A DNA stretch of 64,000 nucleotides from Tubiluchus corallicola (taxonomy: Eukaryota; Animalia; Priapulida), in contig JAQGDQ010000126.1 of NCBI GenBank assembly GCA_030141605.1, forward strand, positions 372,001-436,000, read 5' to 3'. Shown here in pieces: positions 27,850-42,299 of the stretch. The notes under the pieces were generated by a model. The model did no database searches. It saw only the letters and a program-made list of their open reading frames with translations, and had not been told where the DNA came from. Both the position numbers and the translations under genes were made by a program. Position 1 is the stretch's first letter, and each line of letters begins with the position of its first letter.

Positions 27850-30350
27850 ACTAAGTTTGTCATTTCAAAATCACTACCTCTTAACAGCAAAATAAATTTT
27901 TGGTCCATAGGTAGATTAATAAAAGCAGGAAAAATTTTCGCAATAGAACTGAATAAATTACCTTAAATTATAGTAATTTTTACAGTCAAGTACAAAATGC
28001 ATTTCATCTTCAATTTTTCCTTCATTGCGGCATTTTCTACATACAAGTTGTGAGAACTGATACGCAGTTTAGTAAAGTTCGACCTTAGTAAATGATTATG
28101 TATAAAATAAGTTATTTCTGGGCTTCAAATTCTTGCTTAAATTTTGAATAGGTTCGTAGTTTATTAGTTTCGCCAGTGTTGCCTGTTTCTTTTGTAACAC
28201 ATTCCTTCCAGTAAATTTTGTAATTTGTTAGTAGTTTCTCCTTTAAAGCGTGTAGAAAAGAATTGGTTTGATCGACACGTTGCTGTTCCCAAATATGAGA
28301 AAAGCCCAAATGACGTAAAATGTTTCTTACAAATTGTAACCAGTATCCCGTATTTTGGTTAAGAAGAATTTTATTTTCTTCGCAGGTTTGGTATATCAAT
28401 GCATTTTGTGGAGAGTTCAGTGTTTTAAGCCAGTATTTTATTGTCCTAATTATAACGTCTACGTATAGAGGGAAACAACCCAACACTCTCCCCTGACCGC
28501 ATGATTAAAGGAAAATTTATTCACGCCTAGAGCGAACTTACATACTTTACGTAAAGTAACTCCATGGGTAAATCATCGTATAAATTTTCAACTGTAATTT
28601 CGTTATCTTTTGATATTATATATATATATATGTATACATATATAAGGGGGACCAACACTCTGAACCATATAATGCGACTGGTTTTATTAAATTATCAAAT
28701 AAGTGCGTTAATTTTTATAGCTTACATTGTCCCCCCAGAATTTTCTTGTTTTGTTGCATAATTCTTCTTTTGCCTTGCTAAATGACCCGCTTGCATTAAA
28801 GTTTATCTCCAAGTAATTACAATTTTGAGCAATATCAATACTTTCCTGCCCTATAGTAAAGCTTTGCTTGGATATTCTGTGACCGCCTTTATTGAAAATA
28901 ATTATTTTTTGTTTTTTCTAGGTTAATGTTTAGCAACCAGTCATCACAGTATTATTTTAAGCTATTTAAACTATTCTGCAAACCGTTCTGAGATGTAGAG
29001 AAAACCACAATATCGTCAGCGTCAGCAAGTAGTTGTTATTTAATATGGGCGGGTCGCATTTATCATTAAAAATCGTTGTGATGTCATTTATAAACAAATT
29101 AAATAAACTTGGACTTAATACACATTCCTGTTTAACGCCGACATTTACTGGAAAAGAGTCAGATAAATTATTATTCGAGATTTTAAGTTGCGCATCTGTG
29201 GAGGCGCACATGCTTTTTATTATGTTGTAAAATTTAGTGCCAAAGTCATATTTTAGTAATTTGTAAAAAAAGGTCTGTAAATAGTATCAAAGGATTTTTA
29301 AGGTCAATAAAGCATGCATATATGTATTTTCGTCGTGCTTGATTAATATATTTATCAACTACAGTTTTCAAGGTAAGTATATGATCTGACGTTTGTGACG
29401 ATTTTCTAAATCCAATTTGTTCTTTCTTAATTATGTTACGTTCGATTAGGTCATTTTCCAGTCTTTTATGTGTAATTTTACAAAATGCTTTGCCGAGATT
29501 GCTACTAATAGAGATATCTCTACAGTGTGATGGATCTGTTGGGTCTCCTTTCTTTAATATAGGTGTGATTAGGCAATCAGCCCAGGCTTTTGGAAATTTT
29601 CCGAGTGAATAAACTGAATTAAAAAATATAATGTTAGTGTTAGTGCTCGTACTGTAATTCCACTTTTGATCATTTCGTTTATTATTCCATCTTTGCCTGG
29701 TGCTTTGTTATTTTTTAATGAAATTATTGCTTCTCAGACTTCATTTTCGGAAATACGATAGTCTAATTTTGTAAAGGATGCTGGATTAATCTCTTTTACA
29801 TGATTTTCAATATTTATAACATGCGAAGTGTTTTGAAATAATTGATACTTTTCATTTTTAGTCATCAGCTCCTTGAAATATTTATGAAATTTTGTCACAT
29901 TGGTAATGAATTTGAATTGCGTGGAGTTCCGTCAATTTTTTCTAAAGTCTCCCATAACATTTTTGGGTCGTCGTGGCTAGTGTTTTCCAGAATAGATAAA
30001 AGTTTATTTCTAGTTAGCTTTTGTTTTTTATTCAAAAGCTTTTTATGCGTTTTTCTTAGCTTATGATACGTAGAGTGAATAGCGTAATTATTTGGATTTT
30101 TTGAAAGAGCTCTAGCCAGTTGAGAGAGAGTTCTGCAACTAGTTTGACATTCTTTGTCATACCATGATTTATGTTTTGCCGTTGTCTTGCGAAAAGCCCG
30201 TTTCGGTGGTAATGCTTTCTTAGCTGCACTATGGAAAATATCATTAATTAATTCTAAGTTATTTTCGACATCATTAGGTCCGCATTTAATAAGATGTTGT
30301 TTAAGATTAAAATGTGCAGCTAGAGCATTGGTAACTCACCATTAATAACC
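27850..30350 (-). mobile_element. Large degenerate non-LTR retrotransposon ORF2 (RTE-X/Daphne-like)
   Basis: KAPGKDGIINEMIK, KKGDPTDPSHCRDIS, QIGFRK, YACFIDL, GVKQECVLSPSLFNLFINDI, ADDIV, NKLRTYSKFK and EDEMHFVLDC occur in order, with frameshifts and stops. Confidence 0.85.
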
Positions 30351-33300
30351 AGGCATATGGTCCTGGTAGACTCGTAATGCAAAATTCACATCGCAATCAA
30401 TTAGGGATTGCAAAGCAGCACCAATCAGGGAACTGCATTAAACCTGTATCAAAGTGCTCAAAATCAAGTTGCTTACTGTTGTCCAAAAGCAATTTGCTTA
30501 CCTTTGAATATAAAGGTATAAACAAGGTTTTTGTTGATAGAAATAAACTTTGAATGCTCAGATGTTTTTCGTTCTGCGTCTCTAAAAATAGGTATTTAGT
30601 TCGGTGCAAAACAGTCACATTTTTGTTAATGCCAAAATAACATCTGAAACGTGTTATAAGTATTTTACCTTTTCATTGGCTAAATACTTGTTCATGGATT
30701 TATTAAGACGTATGACCGCCCGATGTGCAAAACCTGAGCAGCTCTCTAAAAATCACAAATCAATAAAACAATTCCTGCGCAGCCGCTTTAAACACACAAT
30801 TCCGCATGCATGACTTGTGTGTAGTTACAATTCTTATAACATTCTTATGCTATGTAACAGGCCGTCTGTTACAATTCTTTGTTGATTAGTTTGTCAGAAT
30901 ATTAAATTAAATTTTGTTTACATTCCTCTGAAGTTTCGTCATATTGTTATGGGGGCGAAATGCTATTTATTTCGACCCTTCCCCTCTACATTGTGATGGA
31001 CTCGCCCGTACATAGCCATTGCGTAGTGCGTTGAATACCAGCTATAACAACCGTCGCCATGGAATGGATGCGTCGATTCAGCAATTAACGGGCATATCTT
31101 TTTACCATCACGTCATGTGTTCCATAGACAAAACCAGCATGAAATTCTCAATACAAATTTACCGGCAAGTTTGCTTCATCAAATCTCTGTCTGACTTTTA
31201 TAAAGTTTTCGTCATCCTGGCATTGAACCCGGACCTCTTGGGATCCGAAATACGAGGGCACAAATTAACTAGGGAGCAACCAATAAGAACCCTGCCGGCG
31301 ATGACCCAGCATCAATGCTATATTACGCTTGCCCCCAATTTTAGAGCCTGCAACTCAAATTTGTCAATAAATTTAATCTAATCTAAAATTCATTATATAG
31401 TAACAGAAAATTTTAACTAATAGGAAAGCGAAAGTTTTTTTAGAATCATAAGGTCATTTAAATGGATTAGTTTTTCAGTGTCAAAGCAATATTTCTGGAA
31501 CCAAATTATCAAAAAATGCAAATGTATTAAGACACTTTTTAGATAGTTTTATGTAGCTCAATGAACTTACTGCTTTATATTTTAAAAAGTAGTTGGTTTT
31601 TTTGCGAAACTTTTTACAGCAAACACTACACTTTTCGCGAAACATTCAAGCGTCTTTATGAATTTACAATATGTTTTGAAATTTGATTAATATTATCCTG
31701 CACAAAGTAGATGCAATTAACCGTGTAAGCTTGTAGGAAAATCTGTCCATAAAATCATAACTAATGATAGATCTGAGCAAATTTAGTTTAAATTAACTAT
31801 TCTATGGTTCTTACTTTCTTACTTGCACATCCAAACTTAATCGGCAATCCTCGTTTCTGAATAGGTTATTAGTAAAGTCAAAATAGCAAACATGTTTCGC
31901 GCGCTTTAGTTGATGATGTTAATTGCTTGTATTATTGAAGGTCGATGTACGAATTTAGGTATTACAACAGTTATTACAAGGCAACAACTCATTAAGTTCA
32001 TATGAGATTGCATTTTCGAAGCGCTAGAGAGGGCCGTATCGATTGAACCAGAGTAAAAACGTAACAGGGGATATTGAACTCCAAGTTCGAGTCCAAGCGC
32101 AAGTCTGCTGAGTTAATATAGGAAATACAGATAGCAAATAGCATTATTATTATTAGATACTATGTAGTCTATAACACTAGGTGCAGTAAATTATCATTAC
32201 AAACAGGGACATTATTCCAAAATTTTAATTCCATCAAAACTTTTGCACTAAATGTTAATCCTGCACTGTAATCACAAGTCAATTCTCTGCGAAATACAAG
32301 CTAAAGACTTGACCCCCCCCCCCCAGGTCGCAAACCACTTCAAACCCGTCCGCTGTACATATAACTCAGTATTTTTATTTTTTATTTTATTTCAAGGCTT
32401 AATTTCCGTTTAATAGTCATTACTTTCTCTATTATATTTTTTTAATTTTGCTTTTACTTTAAAACCATATTTAGTTTCCATTCTGTTATTTTGTTATTTC
32501 GTAAACTACTTTAGGGTTAGCTCAATTTTCCTTTAGCAGTTTCAGCAAATCTCAACTTTTTCATTGTTTGGCATTTTTCTGTGGCAGTATATTTCTGTAA
32601 ATGCAAACTGTAATGGCTGCCTTCATTTGTCATTTCCATTTAGATTTAGTTCCTGTTTTAATCTCTTCCGATTTATGTAACATTTATACAAGATCTGGTA
32701 TTTCTTCTTTGGTTAGGCGACACTTGCACTGAAATTATGAAATAACTAATTAGTATTTTGCGTTTAGGAAACAGCCACCGGCGGGCAGAAAGTAACTAAA
32801 CGAATAGATGTATTTTCCAACATCTTGGGAAACCGCTTATTTTCCATTTCGCTTGTTTTGCGTTAGGCTTGCTTGGGGTTCTAAGCTAGTAAAGAGCTAA
32901 TTATTATACAGAAATGTTCATGTTTTTCATCAGAATTTATCTGTAAAGATTCGCGTTCGACAGGCCAACCCCAATCAGGTTTTGCATTAGCACTTTGCAC
33001 AACCAAGCATTAGCACTTTGTTTGGCTCTAGGCCAACAGGGAACCGCTGCAGTATCCTCGCCCACAAGCTTATTTATCTTATTACTTCTGGATATCTTGA
33101 ATAGATATTATCTACAATTATTTAGTTTAAATTTCGTTCTACAATTTTATGCGTGTTTACTATTCAGTTGAAAAACGTCACTAGTCAAGAACAATTTTCT
33201 TCATTAATTAGGTGACTATGAATCCAGAATGTTCACAAACCCTTGCGGTTTATTTCGCAATTATTACCCGTTGTAACAAGTACATGAGTTTTCAGCGTCT

Positions 33301-34494
33301 CCTTTCTTTCTTCAAGTCGTTACCCGCCATTGTTGTGAAGTAAGCCGCAATTGATCAAACATATTGGTCTATCGCTCCGCCTCCGCTGTGACGTAAGCAC
33401 CCTCAGCGGCATTTGGGACACAGCTAACGCTGGACAACAACTATCTAAATTAAACTAAACTAAACAACATGACAGTCACAACTAATGTCTGATCAGCAGA
33501 CAAGCTGATTGCACGTTTCCATAAACACAAATTTGCAGAACAGTAGCTATTTTTACATGAAATTAACACTTCAAGTAGCCAAAAAATGACACTTCAACTT
33601 AAACAGAATGTAGAAACGAAGTTTCAAAATACAGAGACATAAAGAAACTTAGCCAGTTAGCCTTGCTTTACAATAAATGAGCAAATAAACGGAAATGGAA
33701 TAAATTTGATGGTCCATTCCATAGACGACCCTTATATTGAATGCCCGAGTTATATCGGACCCAATGGCATCTTTTAACCATGATTATAACCAGAAAAATA
33801 GTGTAAAATTAACTATGATTGCGTTGATGTATAATATAACTTTTGGCTACATTTGAATTAGTTTTGACTGTGAAGATGTCATTGAGGTTAATGAAAACTA
33901 GCCAGAAAAGAAAACATTTTGTTTTGTCCTTATTTAAAGTTATCAAGTAGTGTTTTTTATCTAACTTGCAAAGCCATAAACTTGTTAACCAAACTGCATA
34001 TCTTCTTGATTGCAAAATGGTTTAATCAGCAACTCATAGACGTAAGCGTTACGCATTTCTTCTTATAAACGAAACTAGACTATATATTTCCATTAATTCA
34101 ATTGCAATTTCAATTGACAATAATAAAATCTAGAAGCAGGCCAATATTTCTCCCGCTAACTAATGAAACGTTGAGCATTTTTCATAACAGTATTAGACGG
34201 AGCTGCAGCTAAATGTCCCGAACGTACCTGCGTTAATTCAGCTCTGCAGGGGTGCGAAATAACTGCACGCCGAAATAACTCAACGAAAATGATTGACATT
34301 ATGTTAGACGTCAATTGCTTATGAACATACTGGTACTCATAGTCATAATCTGATTCACGACAGCATTAACGGTCAGCTAATTTGAAAAAGTTGATACCAT
34401 AAGTAACACCTAATGTCATGGGTACAAGTGACGCTGTCGAATTGTAAGCTACAAGGATGAAATATCGAACCTGTTCTGACATGTTGACTGATAT

Positions 34495-34635
34495 ATTAAG
34501 TGGCTGAGCATGGGAGTTCTAATGTCAGGTCTCGGGTTCAAGACCCGACTAACAATTCTCAGTGTCTCCTTTCTTTCTCCAACTCATTACCCGCAATGGG
34601 TAATCATTGTTGTGAAATAAACCGCAGTGGTTTAT
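34495..34635 (+). mobile_element. tRNA-derived SINE remnant; body also present at ~33290-33352
   Basis: A-box-like gtggctgagc and B-box-like tcgggttcaagaccc. Body tcag.gtctcctttctttct.caa.tc.ttacccgc...ttgttgtgaa.taa.ccgca is shared with 33290. Confidence 0.55.
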
Positions 34636-34882
34636 TAACATTTTAGCATTCACAGTCATAATCTAATCAATGATAGCGTTAATTGCCAGCTAATTTGAAA
34701 GAGTTGATACAATTTTCTTCATTTTTGCATTTTTTCTAACAAGTTATTGAAAAAGTAGAGTACACTAATTGTGTAAGCGTAGGCTGTTGGCCTATCAGGC
34801 CTACGGTCTCGGGGTCTGTCCAAAGAGTAATGCAGTAATCCGGCCGTGTCCACGTTGACGACATTTCAAATCTGATGCATGA

Positions 34883-35998
34883 GCCGAGCAGGCACGCTGC
34901 ACACTTTGCATAAGTGTGTATCAGCCGAGCAGGCACGCTGCACACTTTGCATAAGTGTGTATCACCCGAGCAGGCACGCTGCACACTTTGCATAAGTGGG
35001 TATCACCCGAGCAGGCACGCTGCACACTTTGCATAAGTGTGTATCAGCCGAGCAGGCACGCTGCACACTTTGCATAAGTGTGTATCAGCCGAGCAGGCAC
35101 GCTGCACACTTTGCATAAGTGGGTATCACCCGAGCAGGCACGCTGCACACTTTGCATAAGTGTGTATCAGCCGAGCAGGCACGCTGCACACTTTGCATAA
35201 GTGTGTATCAGCCGAGCAGGCACGCTGCACACTTTGCATAAGTGGGTATCACCCGAGCAGGCACGCTGCACACTTTGCATAAGTGTGTATCAGCCGAGCA
35301 GGCACGCTGCACACTTTGCATAAGTGTGTATCAGCCGAGCAGGCACGCTGCACACTTTGCATAAGTGTGTATCAGCCGAGCAGGCACGCTGCACACTTTG
35401 CATAAGTGTGTATCAGCCGAGCAGGCATGCTGCACACTTTGCATAAGTGGGTATCACCCGAGCAGGCACGCTGCACACTTTGCATAAGTGGGTATCACCC
35501 GAGCAGGCACGCTGCACACTTTGCATAAGTGGGTATCACCCGAGCAGGCACGCTGCACACTTTGCATAAGTGTGTATCAGCCGAGCAGGCACGCTGCACA
35601 CTTTGCATAAGTGTGTATCAGCCGAGCAGGCACGCTGCACACTTTGCATAAGTGGGTATCACCCGAGCAGGCACGCTGCACACTTTGCATAAGTGGGTAT
35701 CACCCGAGCAGGCACGCTGCACACTTTGCATAAGTGGGTATCACCCGAGCAGGCACGCTGCACACTTTGCATAAGTGTGTATCAGCCGAGCAGGCACGCT
35801 GCACACTTTGCATAAGTGGGTATCACCCGAGCAGGCACGCTGCACACTTTGCATAAGTGTGTATCACCCGAGCAGGCACGCTGCACACTTTGCATAAGTG
35901 TGTATCACCCGAGCAGGCACGCTGCACACTTTGCATAAGTGTGTATCAGCCGAGCAGGCACGCTGCACACTTTGCATAAGTGTGTATCAGCCAAGCAG
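34883..35998. repeat. Minisatellite, 27 x 41 bp (gccgagcaggcacgctgcacactttgcataagtgtgtatca)
   Basis: Exact 41-bp period from 34883 to 35990; no unique spacers. Confidence 0.98.
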
Positions 35999-36968
35999 AT
36001 TGCAAGTTTAGACTTTAACGGTAAATTTTAAAACGTATTATTAAGCATATTATACTAAGGCTAACGTTCGTGAGTTCCCAATTTTCTTATTTAGCATTTT
36101 TGTCTCAGACGAAGTTAATAATACATAACCAAGTCAAAATCGCAGGTGCGTAAATGATAAGAAGATAATGCTCGATGTAATAAATTCAATACCTTGGAGA
36201 AACATGCAGTGCAATAAGGAATCTTGTGAGAGATTTCAGGCAATATGTACAATCTGATTGATTAAAGTAAGAAAATCACGGTTTCCACCACGAGGGTGCC
36301 GCCTATTCTACGTGTGCAAGTCAAAGAATTACTGGTCAAAGAACCACTAGACAAAGGATCACTGGTCAAAGAGCCACGTCAAAGGAACCACTCGTTTAAG
36401 ATTCACCTGAAAAGATAAAGGATCACTGGTCAAAGGGCTACCAAGTAAAAATTAGCAGACACAAAAATGTCAACCGAAAAACTATTAAATTTTGAGATAC
36501 GTTTTGCTTTGTGTTGAAATAATTGTCGCATTTGCAGAGGTTAAACTGTAAAGATCTGGATTGTTTATTGGCCAGCACCTTCTATTCACTAAGCAAAAAA
36601 TTTGGCTTTGAATAATTCGAGGGGTTATATAAATTGTAAAAAAAATCTAAACGATTTTTGAAAAACTTAATTTTTAATTTAAATGTTTACAAAATTAAAA
36701 ACGTAAAAGAAATTTTAAGTTTAACTTTATTAGATTTAACAAAATAGTTTAGAAATAGTATCTTATATTATAGATCTGCTATAGATATACAGAGTGGTTG
36801 ACGATAGTTAACGGCTAATCGAATCAGTATATGCTTTAACAAAAGTATCTCTTGCTGCAATGCTTGAATTCATTAGACGTTTAACTGGCAAATGCTCATT
36901 CAAAAAAATAGTACATCTTTTTGTGACTTGAAACTCGAGTGCATTAGACAAAAAACGGCAGTCTGTTG

Positions 36969-37062
36969 GAGCCAAGGTGTTGCCGCAGGAAGAGCCAAGG
37001 TGTTGCCGCAGGAAGAGCCAAGGTGTTGCCGCAGGAAGAGCCAAGGTGTTGCCGCAGGAAGA
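36969..37062. repeat. Tandem repeat, 4 x 23 bp (gagccaaggtgttgccgcaggaa)
   Basis: Perfect copies. Confidence 0.95.
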
Positions 37063-37671
37063 AAGAAATCGGTAGAACACAGACAATTGTCTTTTTATAA
37101 GAACGGTGCACTTGCATTGAAGTTTCGATTGCAATGACAGGCTACAGTGATTGTATTATTTCGAGAAGCTGCCACTGATATACACTAATTAAGATAGACA
37201 GAAGAAGTAACATGTTTCAAACTTTCCTTTCAACCATCGGCAAATTTAATATCAAAACATTTCCCAACGAATGACTTGCGATCGTCTTCTTTTTGGAATT
37301 TCTAAACGCGAACAGCAGCATCTTAACACGTGTTTCACCTATAGTAGTTTGAATAAAAATCAAATCTATGAAAAACCAAAGACGACAATTAGGTGAGCAC
37401 CAGCTGTTACAAAACGGCATTTTCATATTAAAAAATACTAAAAAATTCTGCCTCACGTCTACTTAATAAAAACAACTTTTTGTGAATGTTTTTGTGTATC
37501 TATGTTAGTATTTTATCTATTAGTCTTGTGTATTTGTTAGTTTTTTGTCTGTCAGTCTTGTGTCCAGCTGAGTATTTTATCCTTTTTTATAATGTTATGT
37601 ACTTTTTTACTTACGAAAGAAATTTTAAATATAAATAAAATAAAAACGTGTTTTAGACAGTTCGTCAATTA

Positions 37672-37914
<243 letters not shown>

Positions 37915-38884
37915 CTCAAAATTATTATCAATTACCAATACCATCAGTCGCACTTTATTAAATAAAATATTAAGGATAAGTCAGAGTTGCAATTTCACTC
38001 AAGCTGCTGTCAATCGCATCCAATGGTGGTCCCTAGTCCACACCACTACCTAATGGTCCTTTGTCCACTTTCAGAATGGTAAAGGTGGTCCCTTGACCGG
38101 ATGTACTATGATCTGCGATCAAAGTCATGCTCAATCCATCCCCCTCACAGGTGGTCCTTTGACCACTTTAAAACCGTTCAAGGTGGTTCTTCGACTGATG
38201 ATACTTTGTCCATAGTTGTCTTTAACCGGTAGTACTTTGTCTGGTGGTCCTTTAATCTTTTCTACTGTGTGTTAACAGCCTTACTGCGTCCACGCTAACC
38301 ACATTCCATAAGTATTGATTCAGCCGAGCAGACTACAAGTTTAGACTATTATAATCAACTTTAAAACGTATTGTTAAGTCTGAGGTTCGCGAGTTCTCGA
38401 TTTTCAGCACAATAGTTTCAGAAATATCCCAACATTGCGGCACAATAGTGTCAAAAGTGGGATTCATATAAACAATTCTTCCAAAAGTGAATTAACGAGT
38501 TTAAACTTATTAAGGTAAAGGTTAGGCTGAAGAGAAGGCTGTTGTTAAGAATGTTAGTAAATGTAATGATTTCACTGGGAGTCTCACAAGGAGTTGATGA
38601 ATTTCTGGCAACACTAGATGCATGAACCATTAGGCATTTGCAATAGATTGGAGAAAAGCCTCGCAATTTTGAAGTCGATTGTGATATGAGTGTTGTACTA
38701 ATAATTGTAGGTTTGGTACTCATATTTCGTTTCATTATAACATGTTTTAGTAGTTGAATGACGCTGTTGATAATTATGATCTAGTGATCATAAAATGACT
38801 GACTGGTATGCCGTCACATGTTTTTGTCGCGCTGCACATTGTATATTCATTTGGTGTCACTTGTATGTTTTATTAATCAAACTA

Positions 38885-39190
<306 letters not shown>

Positions 39191-41401
39191 AGTAACATTA
39201 ATGCCAGCTCCAATATTCAGTAATTTGCTACTTACTTACTTAGACCTAATATGAAAGGAATTATATTTGGTAAACAATTTCGGATTAATCTACTTATCGT
39301 AGCTATGATGCATTATTACGTATGCGCCTAACATTCAAGCTAAATCATCCGGTGTAAATTTAGTTTTTGGATAGAATTGTAGTGCCAAATGATTAAAATA
39401 TCTTCAGCAAATTGTCCAAAGAAAGTATAAACTGCCAGTTTCAATCAGTGCTAAATATTTACGTTTTCGGATAAACTATTATTGTGCTCGTTAGTTTTTT
39501 ATCAAGTGTGCGCATTTTTTTGTTTAAAAATTAAGCATAACGTTTTGCCAAGCAGTTGGGATATCACTAATGGCTGTAAAATACAATAATGTTATAATCA
39601 ACATAATTTAGATAAATTAAAATAAGTTAAACTTTTAGTACTGCTTAGAAAACTACAGTATAGATTTCTGAAAATATTATATGTTCACCCCTCGATGAGA
39701 GCATGCATCTCAGACTTTGGAGAGATGGGGGAATACGAAACAGCCTTCGTTAAGGAAGCCATGTGGTGTAACCCAAAAGTTACTCATATGAAGCTTTCAT
39801 AGAATGCACTTGTCATTGCTACGGTTGGCATACATTAGTTCACCAGTTTTATGAAATTACACCTATAAAATAAAGGGGCAACTTTTCTCCATCAGTGCTG
39901 TATATCTATTACTGTAATGCTCATAAACTACAGCAAGTTGTCCATAACCTTATTATTTTACAATGTTGGTGTGCAAAGTTACATTTGCAATATCTCCACC
40001 GAACACATATCTTCATTCCGCAAGCGACCAACTAACTCATTTAAACATTTGATTTCCATACCCAGAGCATTAGAACCACTTCGGAAGCAAGTTGTTGTCA
40101 AATTGAAATCTAAATTGTATTTCAGATGTGATTTTACTGGCAGGCTAGAACTTGGCAAAATGAGTTAGCTTCGACGGAAAATGCTATTATAAGCGCTCAT
40201 AAAGCTTGCCTGAGAACAAATTGACTGTGTAGACGGATTAGCTACAGGAATTTACCATTCAGTGCAAATGAATAATTATAATGGCATTTTTTTGATACGA
40301 GCAACTGACAATTGCTTCTAGTACACTTGTATCATGTTCAGTTCTGAATGACTTATCACAGAACGAACAAACATTAGGAAGATGCAAAAATTAGAAAGAA
40401 ACGTCTTTTAATCTAATAGTCACTTCCAGATCACAGGTCACCTTCCAAATTGTATTCGTATGTTCTATGGACGCGTGGTGCCTCAGAACAACATCTGATT
40501 AAAAATGCTCGCAGGAAGGCGAAACACTAGGCGTCATGCTTTGAACTGCTAAACAAACCTTACTTTGGCTTCCGCCGAGCAGGTTCAAGGCAAATCAAAT
40601 ATTAATAAATACGCAAGTAATCTTTATGATGTGCCTTGGCTTAAATTAAGCCTGACATCTTAGATTGAAAAAACTGCAGTTGTTAGACTCTGTGTTACGC
40701 AATTTATACCTAATAGTTCAAGCAAGCAAATTAGGACAGGATCCTCAAACACTTACTTATCAATAAATAATATCATTGTAATAATTCAAGAGTATTAATT
40801 TAAAAAGTTAAAGTGTAAAATTATCAATTAGCTATGAAACCTTGACAAAAAGCGAAAGCAGATAAGGTCAAAGGGGCACAATAGAACGGTGGAGACGAAT
40901 TATAGAGGTCCAGAAAATTAATTTTATAGTGAAAGAGCGTACCTGTTAACATTCTTCCAGTTAACAAAGAAGCAGTTTTCTAGAAAATAAATTGACAGAT
41001 AAGAGGCCCTGTGGAAAACTGATAAGCAGCCATGGAACGTCAAACGGAAAATATGAGAAGTGACAGCAAAAACGGGTGCTAGGGCCAAATTGATGGTGTT
41101 TAGGTACCATTGCCCAGAAAGCGTCTTCTATTAAACCTGTTTAGATACATGCTCAAAGATGCTTAAAGTAGCAACAGATCTTCGAGCTGAGCCCAAATCA
41201 GACCAATCAGAATGACAATATGACTTTGCACTAAGCCAGCACAGGTATTTTTGCTGAGTAGAGCAAGTTACATCATATATAAAAATCAGTGTATAACCAG
41301 TCAGCTACAGACTGATTTTCGCAATTTTGTCAGTCTAATTTAAATATCATAAAAGTAAAAACACTAAATGATGACAAATAGAAAATAATGTGAATTAATA
41401 C

Positions 41402-41741
41402 TGTTACGAAGGCAGATTATGACCAACCCCCTAATGTTAGTAATGGGTATGGTTGAGAAGCCCAGTAATGCAAATGTACCTGTATAAAACAGAATGCATG
41501 CCGTACTTTGACGATTCCAACCTGGCCTTTCTGTCTGTAAGGGTGAATGCTGTAGGTTTGTAGATTTTTATACAAAAGTCTGTTCACATGTCATGGAGCT
41601 ACTGGTTGTGCATTAAAGTTTATTTTGCATTCGTATTCTTTTTCTTTTCTCGTCTGCTGTAAAGTATTTCATAACTTGTATGCCACTCTATACATTCTGA
41701 GGAGACGGATCGGCGCCTGGAAAGGACCCGGATCCGTTACA
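41402..41741 (+). mobile_element. Solo LTR (340 bp) with 4-bp TSD ATAC
   Basis: Termini TGTTACG...CGTTACA. ATAC at 41398-41401 and 41742-41745. Internal TATAAAA (~41484) and ATTAAA (~41612). Confidence 0.75.
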
Positions 41742-41819
41742 ATACGATAATTATTATTTACAATATTACAGATATGATAAATGATCTGACTAAGAATGGC
41801 GTATGAAACGTGATAGTAA

Positions 41820-41820
41820 A

Positions 41821-41852
<32 letters not shown>

Positions 41853-41877
41853 CGCACACGCACACACACACTGAAAA

Positions 41878-41909
<32 letters not shown>

Positions 41910-41910
41910 G
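41820..41910. repeat. (CA)n/(CGCA)n microsatellite
   Basis: Read directly from sequence. Confidence 0.9.
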
Positions 41911-42299
41911 AAAAAACACGCACAGCAGTTTTCTCAAGAGTTTTTGTTAGTATATTGTGGACTCGCATCTTCTAGATCTGCACACCAGAAGTATTCAAGT
42001 ATACCAATATTTTCAAGTATGTATGTGTCAGGTGGTACAACAGAAAAGGCGCTGAAGTTTATAACAAGAAAATAGGGGAAAATTACTAACTGGATGTTGC
42101 AAACGTTTATGCCAAAGACACCAAAAATTTTAGGTCACTCTCGTAGATTTTTCCAATGATACAGAAATTTTAAATCAACGAGTCAGAAAAATAAATACTG
42201 GAAAAACTTCGTATGTCATTAAGGATAAAATTTACAACAAGTGCTTTACGTATCCACCATTTTCAGCTCGCTGCATGAGAGCAAGAACATTGTATTGAT

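Noticed and set aside
34883-35998. CRISPR-like appearance of the 41-bp array with palindromic unit
   Set aside because: Units are contiguous with no unique spacers, there are no cas genes, and the context is eukaryotic.
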